Shown here piece after piece: positions 11,639 through 26,531 of a stretch of DNA of 64,000 nt. This DNA comes from Octopus vulgaris (taxonomy: Eukaryota). The stretch spans positions 194,184,001-194,248,000 of the forward strand of contig OX597815.1 of the NCBI GenBank assembly GCA_951406725.2, given 5' to 3'. A model generated the notes under the pieces. That model saw nothing but the letters and a program-made list of their open reading frames with translations, was not told the origin of the DNA and ran no database searches. Within the stretch, counting starts at the first letter, position 1. The number at the start of each line of letters is the position of its first letter. The position numbers and the translations under genes were made by a program.

Positions 11639-14009
11639 TTCTATTAAAAAAAAACAAACTTTGGTTTGTAAAAGGTTTCATTAATGATTGATCAGAACCC
11701 CTTTTTTTTGCAGATGTGTCAAGTATTCTTTTGTGTAGTTCTTTTTGCTTTAGTTTTTATATGTTTTTCGTTTTCAGTCTTGCACCCCACATGGAAAGAT
11801 TCACAGAAATCCAGAAGCATTCAAAGACACACAGACACACATAAAACTTTTTCCCCATTCTTTTATTCTTTTATTTGTTTCTGTCACATAACTGCAGCCA
11901 TGCTGGAGCACCGCCTTTAGTCGAGCAAATCGACCCCAGGACTTATTCTTTGTAAGCCTAGTACATATTCTATCGGTCTCTTGTGCTGAACCACTAAGTT
12001 ATGGGGACATAAACACACCAACATCGAAGCAATGGTGGGGTGAAGGACAAACACAAACACACAAACATATATATATATATATATATACGTAGGTACATAC
12101 ATACATACATACATACATACATCATCATCATCATCATTTAGCGTCCGCTTTCCATGCTAGCATGGGTTGGACGGTTCAACTGGGGGTCTGTGAAGCTGGA
12201 AGGCTTCGTCAGGCCCAGTCAGATCTGGCAGTGTTTCTACGGCTGGATGCCCTTCCTAACACCAACCACTTCGTGAGTGTAGTGGGTGCTTTTTACGTGC
12301 CACCTGCACAGGTGCCAGACAGAGCAGGCAAACGGCCACGAATGGATGGTGCTTTTACGTGTCACCGGCACAGGGCCAGGCGATGCTGGCAACGGACACG
12401 AACGGATGGTGCTTTTACGTGCCACCGACACGGGGGCCAGACAGAGCTGGCAAACGGCCACGAACAGATGGTGCTTTTACGTGTCACCGGCACGGGGGCC
12501 AGGCGAGGCTGGCAACAGACACATATTAAATAATATGGGTAGAAATCGATGTTAATCAATTAAAACCAGTGGGTTAGCATATTTAAAAAATCTGAAGTTT
12601 AACATATAGGGTGTCCACTTTAGTGGTCATTCCTCTTAATTTTCTATATATATATATATACATATATATATATACATATATATATATAATCATACATGCT
12701 TTCTTATCTATCTAACTATTTTTAACTAATTTCTATATCTATCTAATTATTTTAACTAATTTATCCATTACCCATCTCACCTCTCGTGTATTCATCAACC
12801 ATCGTGTATTCGCGCCTTCTTCTTCCTCCGGACAATCTTTACTTAAAAAAAACGCAGCCCCAAACTTCTGCTCTTTCATCCATTCAGTCATCTAGCAGAT
12901 AAGTTGAATGCTTATTTATTTATTTTCACTTCCCCATCAATCATACATGCTTTCTTATCTATCTAACTATTTTTAACTAATTTCTATATCTATCTAATTA
13001 TTTTAACTAATTTATCCATTACCCATCTCGCCTCTCGTGTATTCATCAACCATCGTGTATTCGCGGTGCACCCGCCCTGCCCACCCCCACCACCAATACC
13101 GGATATCTCTATATTTTTGCTCCATCCATACCGGATGTCGCTTCTCCCACCACCATAATAGGTGTCTACTCTTGAACCCCCCTCTTCAATACGCTATTTC
13201 ACCATGCATTACCCCTCTCTTGATATCCTACGTTCTACTTGCCTAGAACCTGTCATCATTTCTCTGAACCACCCCTCCCCACTGGTGCTCCCCTATATTT
13301 CTGCACCCCCCCCCACATAAAAAAAGCACCATCCGAACGTGGCCGATGCCAGACCCCTCTGGCACCTGTGCAGGTGGCACGTAAAAAACACCCACTACAC
13401 TCGCGGAGTGGTTGGCGTTAGGAAGGGCATCCAGCCGTAGAAACTCTGCCAGACTAGACTGGAGCCTGGGGCAGTCCCTAGCTCCCCAGACCCCGGTCGA
13501 AACCGTCCAACCCGTGCTAGCGCGGAAAACGGACGTTAAACGATGATGATGATGATGATATAATACGGGCTTCTTTCAGTTTCATTAGTCAGCTTGAGGC
13601 TATAGCAGAAGACACTTGCCCAAGGTGCCACGTAGTGGGACTGAACCTGCAACCATGTGGATGGGAAGCAAGCTTCTTACCACACAGCCATGCTTTTCCT
13701 TTTTATCTTCCCTATTCTCATCCTTTATCTTCTTCTTGTTTCAGTCATTTGACCGTGGCCATACTGGGGCAATGCTTTGAAGAAGTTTTAGCCAAATGAA
13801 TCGATGCCAGTGCTTGTTATTTTTTCTCCCTTAAGCCTGGTACCTCCCTTGTTGATCCATTAAGTTACACAGATGTAAATCACACCAGCCACAGGTTGCC
13901 AGGTGATGGTTATGGTGGTGGGGGACAAATGCAGACAATAACACACTGGGTGTCCCCAGCAACGGAGTACACAACAATGCACAAGAAAAACAAACAAAAA
14001 AATCAAAAA

Positions 14010-14245
14010 AGAAACTCCCCGTACCCCCTCACCAAATTCTAGGAAAATAGCACATGCTTAACTAGACAGGTAAAAGTAACAGGCCCTTCAACAAACCCAC
14101 CTTCAACTTCAATGATGGCCCCTATGTGATTGTGGATATGATTGCTTGGCTTTGTTGAATGGCCTGTTATTTTTACCTGTCGTGTTAAGCATGTGCTATT
14201 TTTCTGGGATTTTTTTGGTGGGGTGGGGGCACGGGGATTTTCTCT
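14010..14245. mobile_element. Foldback/MITE-like inverted repeat
   Basis: AAAATAGCACATGCTTAAC..GACAGGTAAAA.TAACAGGCC.TTCAACAAA is mirrored at 14150-14205. Confidence 0.6.
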
Positions 14246-14379
14246 GCTTAGAGCCCCCAATGAGTTGTTGGAACCTTGGGGTTACTGGCCAGTCTCTCTG
14301 TTTGACAAGGCCCCAGTGGGTTCATATCAAGAGAGCTGGAAGGTAATATAATTGCATGATTCTCTTGGTGCCTGTTGTA

Positions 14380-14790
14380 AAATGAACTGCTTTCTCATCA
14401 TGCTGGGTGCCACCTTTTAACCATTTGGTAATGGCCCTTGTCAGACCACCAGGGTTCTCATTGATGAGGTACTGGATCCGTTTCACAAACTCAGCTATCC
14501 TGACGATTCCCGATACCTGAGAATCTTTCTGTCTTTTGACTATGGATGATACATTTCCACTGAAGGCCTCCGACTTTTTTCCAACCCTGCACACAAAGGA
14601 CCTAACCATGTTTAAAAAGCTGGCAATCTCTGACTTTCTGTGTTTGGCAGCTTGGCCACGAACATAGCATTTCTTTTCATTTCTTATGTCAGATTGGAAT
14701 CTTGCCATTTTGATGCTGTCAAGATGTCTGAAAGAGAAATGAGAAAGTTAAAATTTGGCTCATGCCACGTAGCATTACGTTTGGTTGTTT
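14380..14790 (-). mobile_element. Degenerate Tc1/mariner-superfamily transposase N-terminal fragment
   Basis: SEIASFLNMVRSFVCRV...KRQKDSQ...IVRIAEFVKRIQYLINENPG resembles the HTH region of Tc1/mariner transposases. Confidence 0.5.
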
Positions 14791-15029
14791 TCCATTTATG
14801 GTTTGTTAAAGTCTTTTCAGAAATGCCTGACAAAACCTGTATTAGTAGTACAATGAACGATTGACTACATAAATACTCTGTGTCACATTTATATAAAGAC
14901 AACTTCAGTTTAAATGGGATTCTATTAAAAAAGAATTGAGAAATATAAGAGAACCAAAGAAAACTTTAAGCATATATTTAAATATTTTATTTTCAAAAAC
15001 ATTATTTATATTTGTGTTTGTACACACAT

Positions 15030-15070
<41 letters not shown>

Positions 15071-15455
15071 TATATATAGATATATTTCTGCGTATGTATA
15101 TATATATACATATATGTGAGTGTATATATGAATATACAAATGTGTGTGTGTGTGTTTGTTATATACATTCCCATAGTATTTTAAGTAAATACATAAATAT
15201 ACACTGGCACACACGGATTCGTAGATAAAATATATACAGCTACGTTTATACAAATGAAAAAAAAAATAATATATTTATATAAGTTCATATACATATGTCT
15301 GTGCATGTATATACGCAGACATAAATATATAAATTATTTATGTTATTTATATATACCTGAATACATATGTATATATAGATATATCATTGATATATTCCAT
15401 TATATACATATTCTGAAAAGAAAACAAAAACAAACAAAATTGTATGTGTATGCAC

Positions 15456-15515
<60 letters not shown>

Positions 15516-16384
15516 ATATTTATATACACACCTATATAAGTACACATTTGTGTATATACAATAAAAATATGAATAGAGCTTTTTTATAACACAGTTTGAA
15601 GCCTGCCTCATGGCTGGTATTATAGCCAAAAGGAAATATTAGCTAAAATATAAAATAACATCATACAATTTTCATGAAACTGAAATGGGTGTATATTCTG
15701 AGTTTCACTTGTAACAACTTGAAACTTTCTTCAACCACACAGAAAAAAAAAAAATAATAATAATAAAATAAGATATTGCACTTTGTATTGACACATGCAT
15801 AAAAAAAAAAAGAAAATATTTTCACACATTTATATATAAATACTTCTGTGTTGCTTGTAATTGTCTCTTTTGAATCGATTGCTAATTTGATGAGAAACTT
15901 CATGCATTTTGATAAGTTCTTATGCCACAAGAGAAGAGAAAAGAAGAATTGCTGATCACTACCAGTTTGAATTTTTGTATATTTTTTTTTTCGATTTTTT
16001 TTTGTGTGATGAGTTAGTTATTTTGGGTAATAAATCTCCTAAGTATCATGAGTACCAGATGGTTGCTAAGATTCCTCGTCTTGTTTAAAATCACTACTTA
16101 AGCCCAGTGGTTTCTAACTGTTTCACGACAAGGTCTCTTTATTTGAATGTTATTTTCTCACAGATCTCAGGCGAAAAATCTGTTGACTCAATAAATACAT
16201 TTCTTGAGTTCCACCTCACAAATGAAAGATATAGGTCAGAGATGGGCAACTTTTCCTCAACTGGGAGTCACATCATACCATTTCCAAGTGAGAGAGGGCT
16301 GCATGATAAAACACATATGCATGAAATACTACTTGCCCACTTTACGCTGAATTTTGTGCAGTTCTTGTTAATTCTATTTATCTC

Positions 16385-17163
16385 AGTATGAAATTTTATT
16401 TGTCTTAATATGAAATTTTATTTGTCTCTGTATGAAATTTTATTTGTCTGAGTATGAAAGTTTATTTGTCTTAGTATGAAATTTTATTTGTCTGAGTATG
16501 AAATTTTATTTGTCTTAGTATGAAATTTTATTTGTCTTAGTATGAAATTTTATTTGTCTCAGTATGAAATTTTATTTGTCTTAGTATGAAATTTTATTTG
16601 TCTGAGTATGAAATTTTATTTGTCTTAGTATGAAATTTTATTTGTCTCAGTATGAAATTTTATTTGTCTCAGTATGAAATTTTATTTGTCTTAGTATGAA
16701 ATTTTATTTGTCTGAGTATGAAATTTTATTTGTCTGAGTATGAAATTTTATTTGTCTCAGTATGAAATTTTATTTGTCTTAGTATGAAATTTTATTTGTC
16801 TGAGTATGAAATTTTATTTGTCTGAGTATGAAATTTTATTTGTCTTAGTATGAAATTTTATTTGTCTGAGTATGAAATTTTATTTGTCTCAGTATGAAAT
16901 TTTATTTGTCTCAGTATGAAATTTTATTTGTCTCAGTATGAAATTTTATTTGTCTTAGTATGAAATTTTATTTGTCTGAGTATGAAATTTTATTTGTCTC
17001 AATATGAAATTTTATTTGTCTTAGTATGAAATTTTATTTGTCTCAGTATGAAATTTTATTTGTCTCAGTATGAAATTTTATTTGTCTCAGTATGAAATTT
17101 TATTTGTCTGAGTATGAAATTTCATTTGTCTGAGTATGAAATTTTATTTGTCTTAGTATGAAA
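16385..17163. repeat. 22-bp minisatellite AGTATGAAATTTTATTTGTCT(C/T/G), ~35 copies
   Basis: Period 22 (e.g. 16451, 16473, 16495); essentially one variable position. Confidence 0.95.
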
Positions 17164-20100
17164 TTAGTAACCTATAAACTCTTTGAGGGCTGCACAACAA
17201 CCTGTCAAGGGCTCTAGATTGCTCATGCATCACAAAGGTAATTGAGTAATCATACATTTTGCACTTCAGCTTTTAAATTTTTGAATGCAGCTCATGAAAC
17301 CCCAGTACTACTTTTGGTGAGCTCAGGGGCCTATAGATCTCAGATTTGGCACCACTGACCTGGCCTATGGGTGCCTTTATACAGAATCTACTCTATTGTG
17401 GGTATTCAGACAAGGCTGCTCCAATTAACTTAGTATCTTGATGCCTCAGTCGCTTCCTGTAGAAGTAATTCTTGAGCTTTGGTTCCTTCTCAAAGGTTTT
17501 CTTAAGATAGTTTCAGAAGCTGTGCAAATATCACTAATGCTGTTTTTTGGCCTCTAAGCTGTAAAAATCAATAATCAAAAAAACGAAACAAAAATCACTA
17601 TTTAGACTTTAACCCTTCAGCATTCACATTACTTTGTGAAATGTTATTTATTCTCATTGTTTTGAATCAATCATGCATTATCTGAGAGCTTCAAGATTTT
17701 GATGATGTGATTGCTTATTTTTAGTATGACATTATAGGGCAAGTCTGGGAGGCAAGTTCTGGCCAATTTGAACAAAACTGGTTGAATATTTGGGTTGGAT
17801 ATAGCTGGTTTAAATGCTAAAGGGTATAAAATAAAGGTTTTTGAAGATTTTCTTTTTTAATTCCTGTTTTAGTCAGGATACCTGGAGTTTGTTGTTTCAC
17901 AGGGGGACTCTGTTGCTGTTTAACATAAAACTTATTCTTTTCTACTCTACGCACAAGGCCCAGTCAATTAGATCAACCCCAGTATGCAACTGGTACTTAA
18001 TTTATCGATGCCTCTGGAGAAAAAATTTCCTGGTGCTGGTAATATTCAGACGAAGGTCTTTGATATTATCATCATCATTTTAAGGCACATTTTTCCATGC
18101 TTGTATGGGTCAGACAGAATTTGTTGAGGCAGGTTTTCTACAGCCAGATGCCCTTGCTGTTGCCAACCCGCCTCCGTTTACAAGGAAGATATTTCCTCAT
18201 GGCCAGACACGTTTTCATGGAAGATTGGAAAAGAACGACATAGCTTGTAAGACTCTGACACTCATTTGCAACTATTGTGTAACGTCAAGAGGTGACAAAA
18301 ATACACACGCTCAACGAACTTCCAATTTTCGTTTGCCAAATACATTTAGAAGTCTTTGGCTGGCTGGCATCAAAAGTAGAAGACTTTTACCCTAAGTACC
18401 ATGTTGGGGGACTGAACTCAATCCACGGGATCGGGAAGCATACTTTTCAAACACGCAACCATATCTATTCTCTCTGTGTGCATGTTTATTCTTTTACTTA
18501 TTTCAGTCATTTGACTGTGGCCATGCTGGAGCACCGCCTTTAGTCGAGCAAATCGACCCCAGGACTTATTCTTTGTAAGCCTAGTACTTATTCTACCGGT
18601 CTCTTTTGCCGAACCGCTAGGTTACGAGGACGTAAACACACCAACATCGGTTGCCAAGCTTTTGTTGGTGGTGGTGGTGGTGGGGGGGGCAAACACAGAC
18701 ACATACACATATACTCACACGTATATATACATATATACGACGGGCTTCTTTCAGTTTCCGTCTACCAAATCCACTCATAAGGCTTTGGTCGGCCCGAGGC
18801 TATAGTAGAAGACATTTACCCAAGGTGCCACGCAGTGGGACTGAACTCGGAACTATGTGGTTCGTAAGCAAGCTACTTACCACAGAGCCACAAAATTCTT
18901 TCGGAGCTGATGATCCAATTCATCGCTACTCTTTTACTTGTTTCAGTCATTTGACCGTGGCCATGCTGGAGCACCCACAGCGTGCAAACAAATCCTTTCA
19001 AGCGGGGAAAAAAAAGACCATTAATACCTCTTTCGAATGCCTCAGAATTTGTATTTCTCGCTTGAGGTACTGTACATTGTGCAGAAGTACTACTACACAC
19101 ATGCGTTCAGTATTTTTTCGTCTTCTTTCTATGTTCCCCCTCCCCAGTATAAAAAATAAAATAATAAATGGGCCCAGTTTCAATGGCGTATGTGTTCCCC
19201 AGCTGGACGGGACGCCAGTCCATCGCGGCGTTACTCCCTTTTGCCAGCTGAGTGGACTGGAGCAACGTGAAATGAAGTGTTTTGCTCAAGAACACAACAC
19301 AACGCATCGCCCGATCCAGGAATCGAAACCACAATCTTACGATCATGATGCTGACACCCTAACCACTTAGCTACGCGCCTCCACGTTTATTTGCAGCAAA
19401 GAAGTGAAACTAGTTCGCATATTCGATTTGCTGAACGATTTTCTATGATGTGTGGGATACATTGCATCGTCACAAAACTATTCGTCTGGAGTTGGCTTAA
19501 AGCGAATTTTCATAGGAAGGAAGGGAGGAGCAGAATCGATTTACTTCAATTTGTTACTGGCAGTTGTTTTTTTTTTTAAGTTGGAAGAATTAAGACTTAA
19601 AAGGAACACTGATGGACAAAATTTTGTAGGCGCTGGAGTGGCTGTGTGGTAAGTAGCTTACTTACCAACCACATGGTTCCGGGTTCAGTCCCACTGCGTG
19701 TCCAAAGCCTTGTAAGTGGAAAGAAACCCGTCATATATGTGTGTGCGTTTGGGCGTCTGTGTTTGCCCCCCCCCCAACAACGCTTGCTGGTGTGTTTACG
19801 TCCCCGTAACTTAGCGGTTCGGCAAAAAGAGTCCGATAGAGTACTAGACTTACAAAGAATAAGTCCTGATGTCGTACATAGTCAAATGACTGAAACAAGT
19901 AAAAGAGTAATGTTAAGTAGAACACTGTTTTACAACCTCTGTCCATAAACCGATATTATAAACATTTTTACGCGAATGGGAATGGTTGTAACAGTGGGAT
20001 CCACCATAAAGTATATCTGTATCTGCTATTTATTTAATCCATACATCATATATCTGGTACTTTTTTCCCTCACTACTCTAGGAAATATAAAAATAAAGGC

Positions 20101-21474
20101 TATTCTTTACAAAATTTGTATTAACAGCATAATGTATATATAAAAAAAGCCTTTCAAAGATTTGTATAAATCTGAGCTATGATAGCAAAAAATTTCGATC
20201 GTTTTACAGTATTTCTACTAAAAAGACAATAACCCCCCCCCTTAACCTAAACATTAGAACTAAGTTTTGTTCATACCAATTTATCTATTTCTTTACTACC
20301 CACAAGGGGCTAAACACAGAAGGGACAGAAAAACGAATTAAGTCGATTATATCGACCCCAGTGCGCAACTGGTACTTATTTAATCGACCCCGAAAGGATG
20401 AAAGGCAAAGTCGACTTCGGCGGAATTTGAACTCAGAACGTAACGGCAGACGAAATACGGCTACGCATTTCGCCCGGCGTGCTAACGTTTTTGCCAGCTC
20501 GCCGCCTATTCATACCAATTTATCGATGAGCAAATGACAGTAGATAAGGATAGCATCGGCTGCCCACATTCTAAAGTTATTTGCTATACGGTCAGCTTTG
20601 TAGACAGGGACCCGGTCGTTGGAATTTGAATGCGTTGCTTCCGGCGTGACAAGCTTACAGAGACCGGAATTAGCGATTGAGTTAAGAGGGCATTGAAGTC
20701 GTCACCAACAAACAGTGGTTCACTTTGAAAAGGATGATAAGAACAAAATCCATAAGATTTAGTAAAGTTGTAGCGGTAGAAAAAGCAGAATAGGAGACTT
20801 ATTAAGAAAATTAGAAGCAGCGCTAAGGAAAGGCATTACTACCAATGTACTCGCGGCGAGATTGGCTTTCAACTAATTCTTCAACGCAAAACATGAAGGC
20901 TGCATTGTCAGAGCTATGGTGTTTGCTCTCAGACAGGAGGGGGACGAAAGCCGTTCAACAGGCCCGAGTAGCTTCGCCACAAATACACAATTTGGTCTTT
21001 AGGTTCACGTTACTCGACCGCAAACAGATGTTTGTCTTTCCAGCAACCATGGTCTAAGTGAACGGGCCTGTTCTGAGCATGCACCTTTAGAGTGAAGGGG
21101 AAGGATAGGGAAAAGACACCTCCCCTAGTAGTCAGTATGACCGTGGCTTTGCGAGGTTTTCATGAGCGGCTCACGGAAGTCTCACTAGCTTTAATTTATT
21201 GTTACCTTGGCCCTGTTATTTTACTGTTTAAAGTTCGATTCTTTTTGGAAACCCTTAATGGTTAATAAAGGAAACACTATTATTAGCATGCCAGACAAAA
21301 TGCTTAGTGGTATTTCGTCCGTCTTTATGTTCTGAGTTCATTTGTCACCGAGGTCAACTTTGCCTTTTGACTTTTCGGAGTCGATAAATTAAGTACCAGT
21401 GAAACACTGGGGTTGACTTAATCGACTAGTGTCCCTTTCCCCAAATTTCAGGCCTTGTGCCTTTAGTAGAAAGG

Positions 21475-21527
<53 letters not shown>

Positions 21528-22628
21528 GGTGAGCTGGCAGAATCGTTAGCACGTCGGGCGAAATGCTTAGTGGTATCTCGCCCGTCGTTACGTTCTGAGT
21601 TCAAATTCCGCCGAGGTCGACTTTGCCTTTCATCCTTTCGGGGGTCGATAAATTAAGTACAAGTTGAAGAGTGGGGGGTCGATGTAATCAACTTAATCCC
21701 CTCACCCAAGCTGCCCCTGTGTCAAAAAAAAAATTGAAATCCTCCTCCTCTTTGTTCTTGTTCTTCTTCTTCTTCTTCTTCTTCTTCTTCTTGTTAGAGT
21801 AGTGGATTGTATCACAGTCCTTTGACATAGGTCGACATTGTCTGCTCTTTGTTATTTTTAAATAAAGTTTCGACGTCTTTAGAAAAATTACGACAGAATT
21901 CGAAGACGTTCAATGGAAAGAAAAAGTATTGATTTCTGTTTTATACTTTAGTTACGTTCGTTTTATGGTTATTTATTTTTCTTTCTCATCTTGCCTTGTG
22001 TCTTTTCAAATTTCCTGTTCTCTTCCGATTTCAAACCTAATCAGATTGCTGTATCCACGTCACCATATTTGCGCACCACCATTCAAAAGTCATTATCAAT
22101 GGTGTTAGTTCCCACATCCTCCCCAACTTTTCCCTTTCATCGTTGTCGCCGCCGCCGCCGTCATCGACATCCTTCACTCATTCATGCAAGTCTATTTCAA
22201 TCGCTACTCTGAGTTTCTCGTTGTCAGTTCTTCCATATATATATATATATATATATATTGGTAAAAACAGTAAGATAACAAAAGAAAGAAAGAGACCTCA
22301 ATATTATGTAAATAGAGGAAATTTATCTGTAAAATATTACGTGACAATTATTCAATAGCCAAGATAAAACTCTGAGTTTCGGATGCCAAAACTTCGGCAT
22401 CCGAAACTCAGAGTTTATATGGCTATTGAATAATTGTCACATATTATTTTACAGATATATATATATATATATATGTAGGTCCCGGGTTGATTCGGGGTTA
22501 ACCACAGTAAGTAAGGTACTCAATACATAGCAGAGTAAAATTAATTTATTATATAGAAGGAGCTTCTACAGGACTAGAGTCCTGTAGAAGCTCCTTCTAT
22601 ATAATAAATATATATATATATATATATA

Positions 22629-23478
22629 TTGGGTTGTCCGGAAAATTCGTGCCGATTTACAGTAGCTTACCTTTCGACATATTTTAGAGCACAGTATAAG
22701 CTATCTTTTCGTGGAAGAAGGTTTATGTTCCTATAACCTGTGTTAATTCTGTAACCCTTTAAAATGGAAGATAAGAAAGTTCATTTTCGGCACTTGATGC
22801 TTTTCTTTTTCCGCAAAGGGAAAAATGCCTCACAAGCAACCAAAGAAATATGTGCAGTTTACGGTGATGTTTCTTTATCCGAAAGAACTGTACGGAAGTG
22901 GTTCGCAAGGTTCCGAGCTGGAGATTGTAGCCTTATTGATAAAGAGCGATCAGGCAGACCATCCACTACAGATGATGGCCAAATCAAGTCATTGATTGAG
23001 AATAACCCACATTGCACAACCCGAGAATTGGCAGAAAGCCACAACCTATCAGCAATTCAAGAGAAACGTTCAGAATTAGACAACAGGAAGGATGTTGTTT
23101 TCCAACATGATTATGCAAGACTGCACGTTTCTTTGGGAACCAGACAAAAATTGCAGCAGCCCGGCTGGAATGTGTTACCCCACCCTCCATATTCACAAGA
23201 TATTGCTCCTTCGGATTTCCACTTATTCAGGTCTCTGCAGAATAGTCTTAATGGTAAACATTTCAATTCCTTAGATGACGTAAAAAGATAACTTGATGAA
23301 TTCTTTGCCATGAAACCACCTCAATTCTGGGAAGAGAGTATTTTCAAGTTAAAGAAAAGATGGAGACGCATTGTGCAAGAAAATGTTTCATATTTGGTTG
23401 ATTAAAAGTGTAATGGCAAGTATTTATTTACCTTCTTCTTTCCTTTAAAAATCGGCACGAACTTTCCGGACAATCCAA
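22629..23478 (+). mobile_element. Mariner (probably mellifera-subfamily-like) DNA transposon, internally deleted
   Basis: ~30-bp TIRs TTGGGTTGTCCGGAAAATTCGTGCCGATTT / AAATCGGCACGAACTTTCCGGACAATCCAA; left TA, right TG; ORF 22764-23291 has the HTH (TVRKWFARF, RSGRP) and HD..YSxDIAPSDFHLF but lacks WVPHEL and the first catalytic D; premature stop. Confidence 0.92.
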
Positions 23479-23729
23479 TGTATATGTATATACGTGTGGA
23501 TAAATAACAACTGATGGATAACGTTTCAATTCACTATAACTGTTTCCAACAAATTTTTGATCGATGGAGACTTTACATCATTAGAAAAAACCGTTTTCAT
23601 CAAGTGAGTACATGAACCAGAACACTCAAAAACATTCAAAACCCAACGGGATACATTCGTCTTGTATACACACCTTACATTTCGACCTGACCCGGTACCT
23701 TACCATTTAAGTGCCTGGTTCATTTGAAT

Positions 23730-23906
23730 CCTGATCTATGTGAGTGTGTGAGTTTGTGTGTGTATGTAAAAGTGTGTAAGCATGTGCGTGTCTGTGTGTA
23801 TGTGTGTATGTGCGTCTGTGTCTGTATGGATAAGCATATATATATGTGCATATATATGTATATATATGCATATATATATATATATATATGCATATATGTA
23901 TATATA

Positions 23907-23980
<74 letters not shown>

Positions 23981-24088
23981 CGAGTCCATATATGATAGAA
24001 ATAAGTATTATGACTGCTATTTCTATGTTTTTATGCATATATATCATATATATATGTATATGCCTGTCCATATATATATTATATATGC

Positions 24089-24130
<42 letters not shown>

Positions 24131-24243
24131 GCATATATATATATGTATATATATATATGTATATATGCATATATACATATATATGTATATATGCATATAT
24201 ATATATATGTATATGTATAATGTAAATATATGAATATGCATAA

Positions 24244-24286
<43 letters not shown>

Positions 24287-24353
24287 ATATGCACATATAT
24301 GTATATATGCACATATATATGTATATATGCATATATATGTATATATGCACATA

Positions 24354-24384
<31 letters not shown>

Positions 24385-24556
24385 GCAATATATATATATA
24401 TGTATATATATATATATGCATATATATATATATATATATATATGCATATATATATGCATATATATATATGCATATATATATATGCATATATATATATATG
24501 CATATATATATATATATATATTTATATGCATGTATGTATATATATATGCATGTATG

Positions 24557-24591
<35 letters not shown>

Positions 24592-24790
24592 GTATGTATA
24601 TTTATATGCATGTATGTATATTTATATGCATGCATGTATGTATATATATATACATATATAAATATATATATATATATACACACACGCATGTGTATCTGTA
24701 TACATGTATATATGTGCACATTTATGTAAATATATATACACAGCTCTCTTCTCTCTCTCTGTACACACACACACATATGTATGTATCTAC
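23730..24790. repeat. Long compound (TA)n/(TATGCA)-type microsatellite (others at 30600-30990, 31960-32280, 34260-34750, 37430-37765, 45030-45240, 56085-56370)
   Basis: Low-complexity dinucleotide/tetranucleotide tracts. Confidence 0.95.
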
Positions 24791-25647
24791 AAAATCACCA
24801 TCATAAGATTATTGTCTTTGTCATCAAAATCACCAGCAACAGCAGAAAATAACAAACTCTATTTTACTGGTACCTCGGAGAAATGAAAGTAAAAATCGCC
24901 TGTAGCATGATTTGAACTATAAATTTACAAGGAAGAAAATTTTGAATACCATTAAAACAAGAAGTCACCGGTTAATGGAGTTCACGATGCAATTTCGGTT
25001 CTTGGTTTCAAGCAGTTTCTCTATACTTTTGCAATTTGGAAAAAAAAAAGAGAGAAAAAAAGAAAAAGAAAAAAAAAACTGCATAGCCACCACAAATACT
25101 TAGGTCGTCGCATCCCATATAAAATAAAAAGACCTCTAAAAAAAAAAACCCAAAACAAAAACAAAAAAACAAAAAAACCCAAACCCCTCCAAAAAAACAA
25201 AAAACGAACAAAGCTTTCTTAGACAGTAAGAAAAAATGGTTTCTAAGAAGATACAACAAATAGAATGATTTTATTATGTAAAGTAAGCAGAGTTAGTGGA
25301 TTGGCAGTCGTTAAACCATCGGACAAAGTGCCTTGCGGTATTTAGTCTCGGTAGTCTGCGTTTTGAGTTCAATTCCCATTCAGGTCAGTTTTGATTTTCA
25401 TCACTGCGGGGACGATAAAATAAATTATCATAGGCGCAGGCGTGGCTGTGTGGTAAGAAGTTTGCTTCCCAACCACATGGTTCCAGGTTCAGTCCTACTG
25501 CGTGGCACCTGGGGGTAAATGTTTTCTACTCTAGCCTCGGCCGACCAAATCTTTGAGTGGATTTAGTAGAGAGAAACTGAAAGAAGCTCATCGTATGTAT
25601 GTGCATATATATGTAAGTAAGTATTATATATATATATATATATGTGT

Positions 25648-25686
<39 letters not shown>

Positions 25687-26193
25687 TGTCTATCTTCTTC
25701 CCCCAACACCGCTTGACAACCAGGGTTGGTGTGTTTATGTCTCTGTAACTTAGCGGTTCGGCAAAAGAATCTGATAGAATAAGTACCAGGCTTAAAAAAA
25801 AAGCACTATGGTCGATTCATTCGACTAAACATTGTTCAAGGTGATGCCCCAGCATGGCCGCAGTCTAAAGACTGAAGCAAGTAAAAGATAAAAGAAATAA
25901 GAATGGGGGAAAAATCTTTCCATGGTAAATATCCTGTTAGCGAACAACTGATAAGACATTCGCTTCGTTAATTGGTTGATCGATAGACTAATAAGAATAA
26001 AGAAGTGAACCAGAACCTGTGCGTGTGTTTATTATTGGCAAAATGACCGTCCCGAGGCAAAAAGCAAAATGCACTAATATAAAAACCAGCAATGGTTCAA
26101 AGCCGCTGTCCCAATACAGTACTGCACATAACCTAAAAACATGTGCATCTTGTGGTGCATCGAAAAAAAAAACTTACATGAATCTATCTCACA

Positions 26194-26243
<50 letters not shown>

Positions 26244-26484
26244 TAGGAACAAGAAAAGCCTGAAATTTTGGGAGACGGGCCAAGTCGATTACATCGACCC
26301 AGTATTTCACTGGTACTTAATTTATCGATCCCGAAAAAGATGAAAAGCAAACTCGACCTTGGCGGAATTTGAACTCAGAACGTGGTGGCAGACGAAATAC
26401 CGCTAAGCATTTCACCCGGCGTGCTAACAATTCTGTCAGGTCGCCGCCTTAAACTACTGCTGCTACTGCTGCTGCTGCTGCTTT

Positions 26485-26531
<47 letters not shown>

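Noticed and set aside
16385-17163. Regular 22-bp repeats (also the 23-bp and 21-bp arrays) as a CRISPR array
   Set aside because: Units are directly adjacent with no unique spacers, there are no cas genes, and the context is eukaryotic; these are ordinary minisatellites
18651-19370. 239-aa ORF
   Set aside because: Reads through several adjacent SINE fragments; no protein-family signal
23540-23610. Further hammerhead-like motif on minus (TTGATGA...GAAACAGTTATA)
   Set aside because: Core C3 is missing and stems II and III do not pair convincingly
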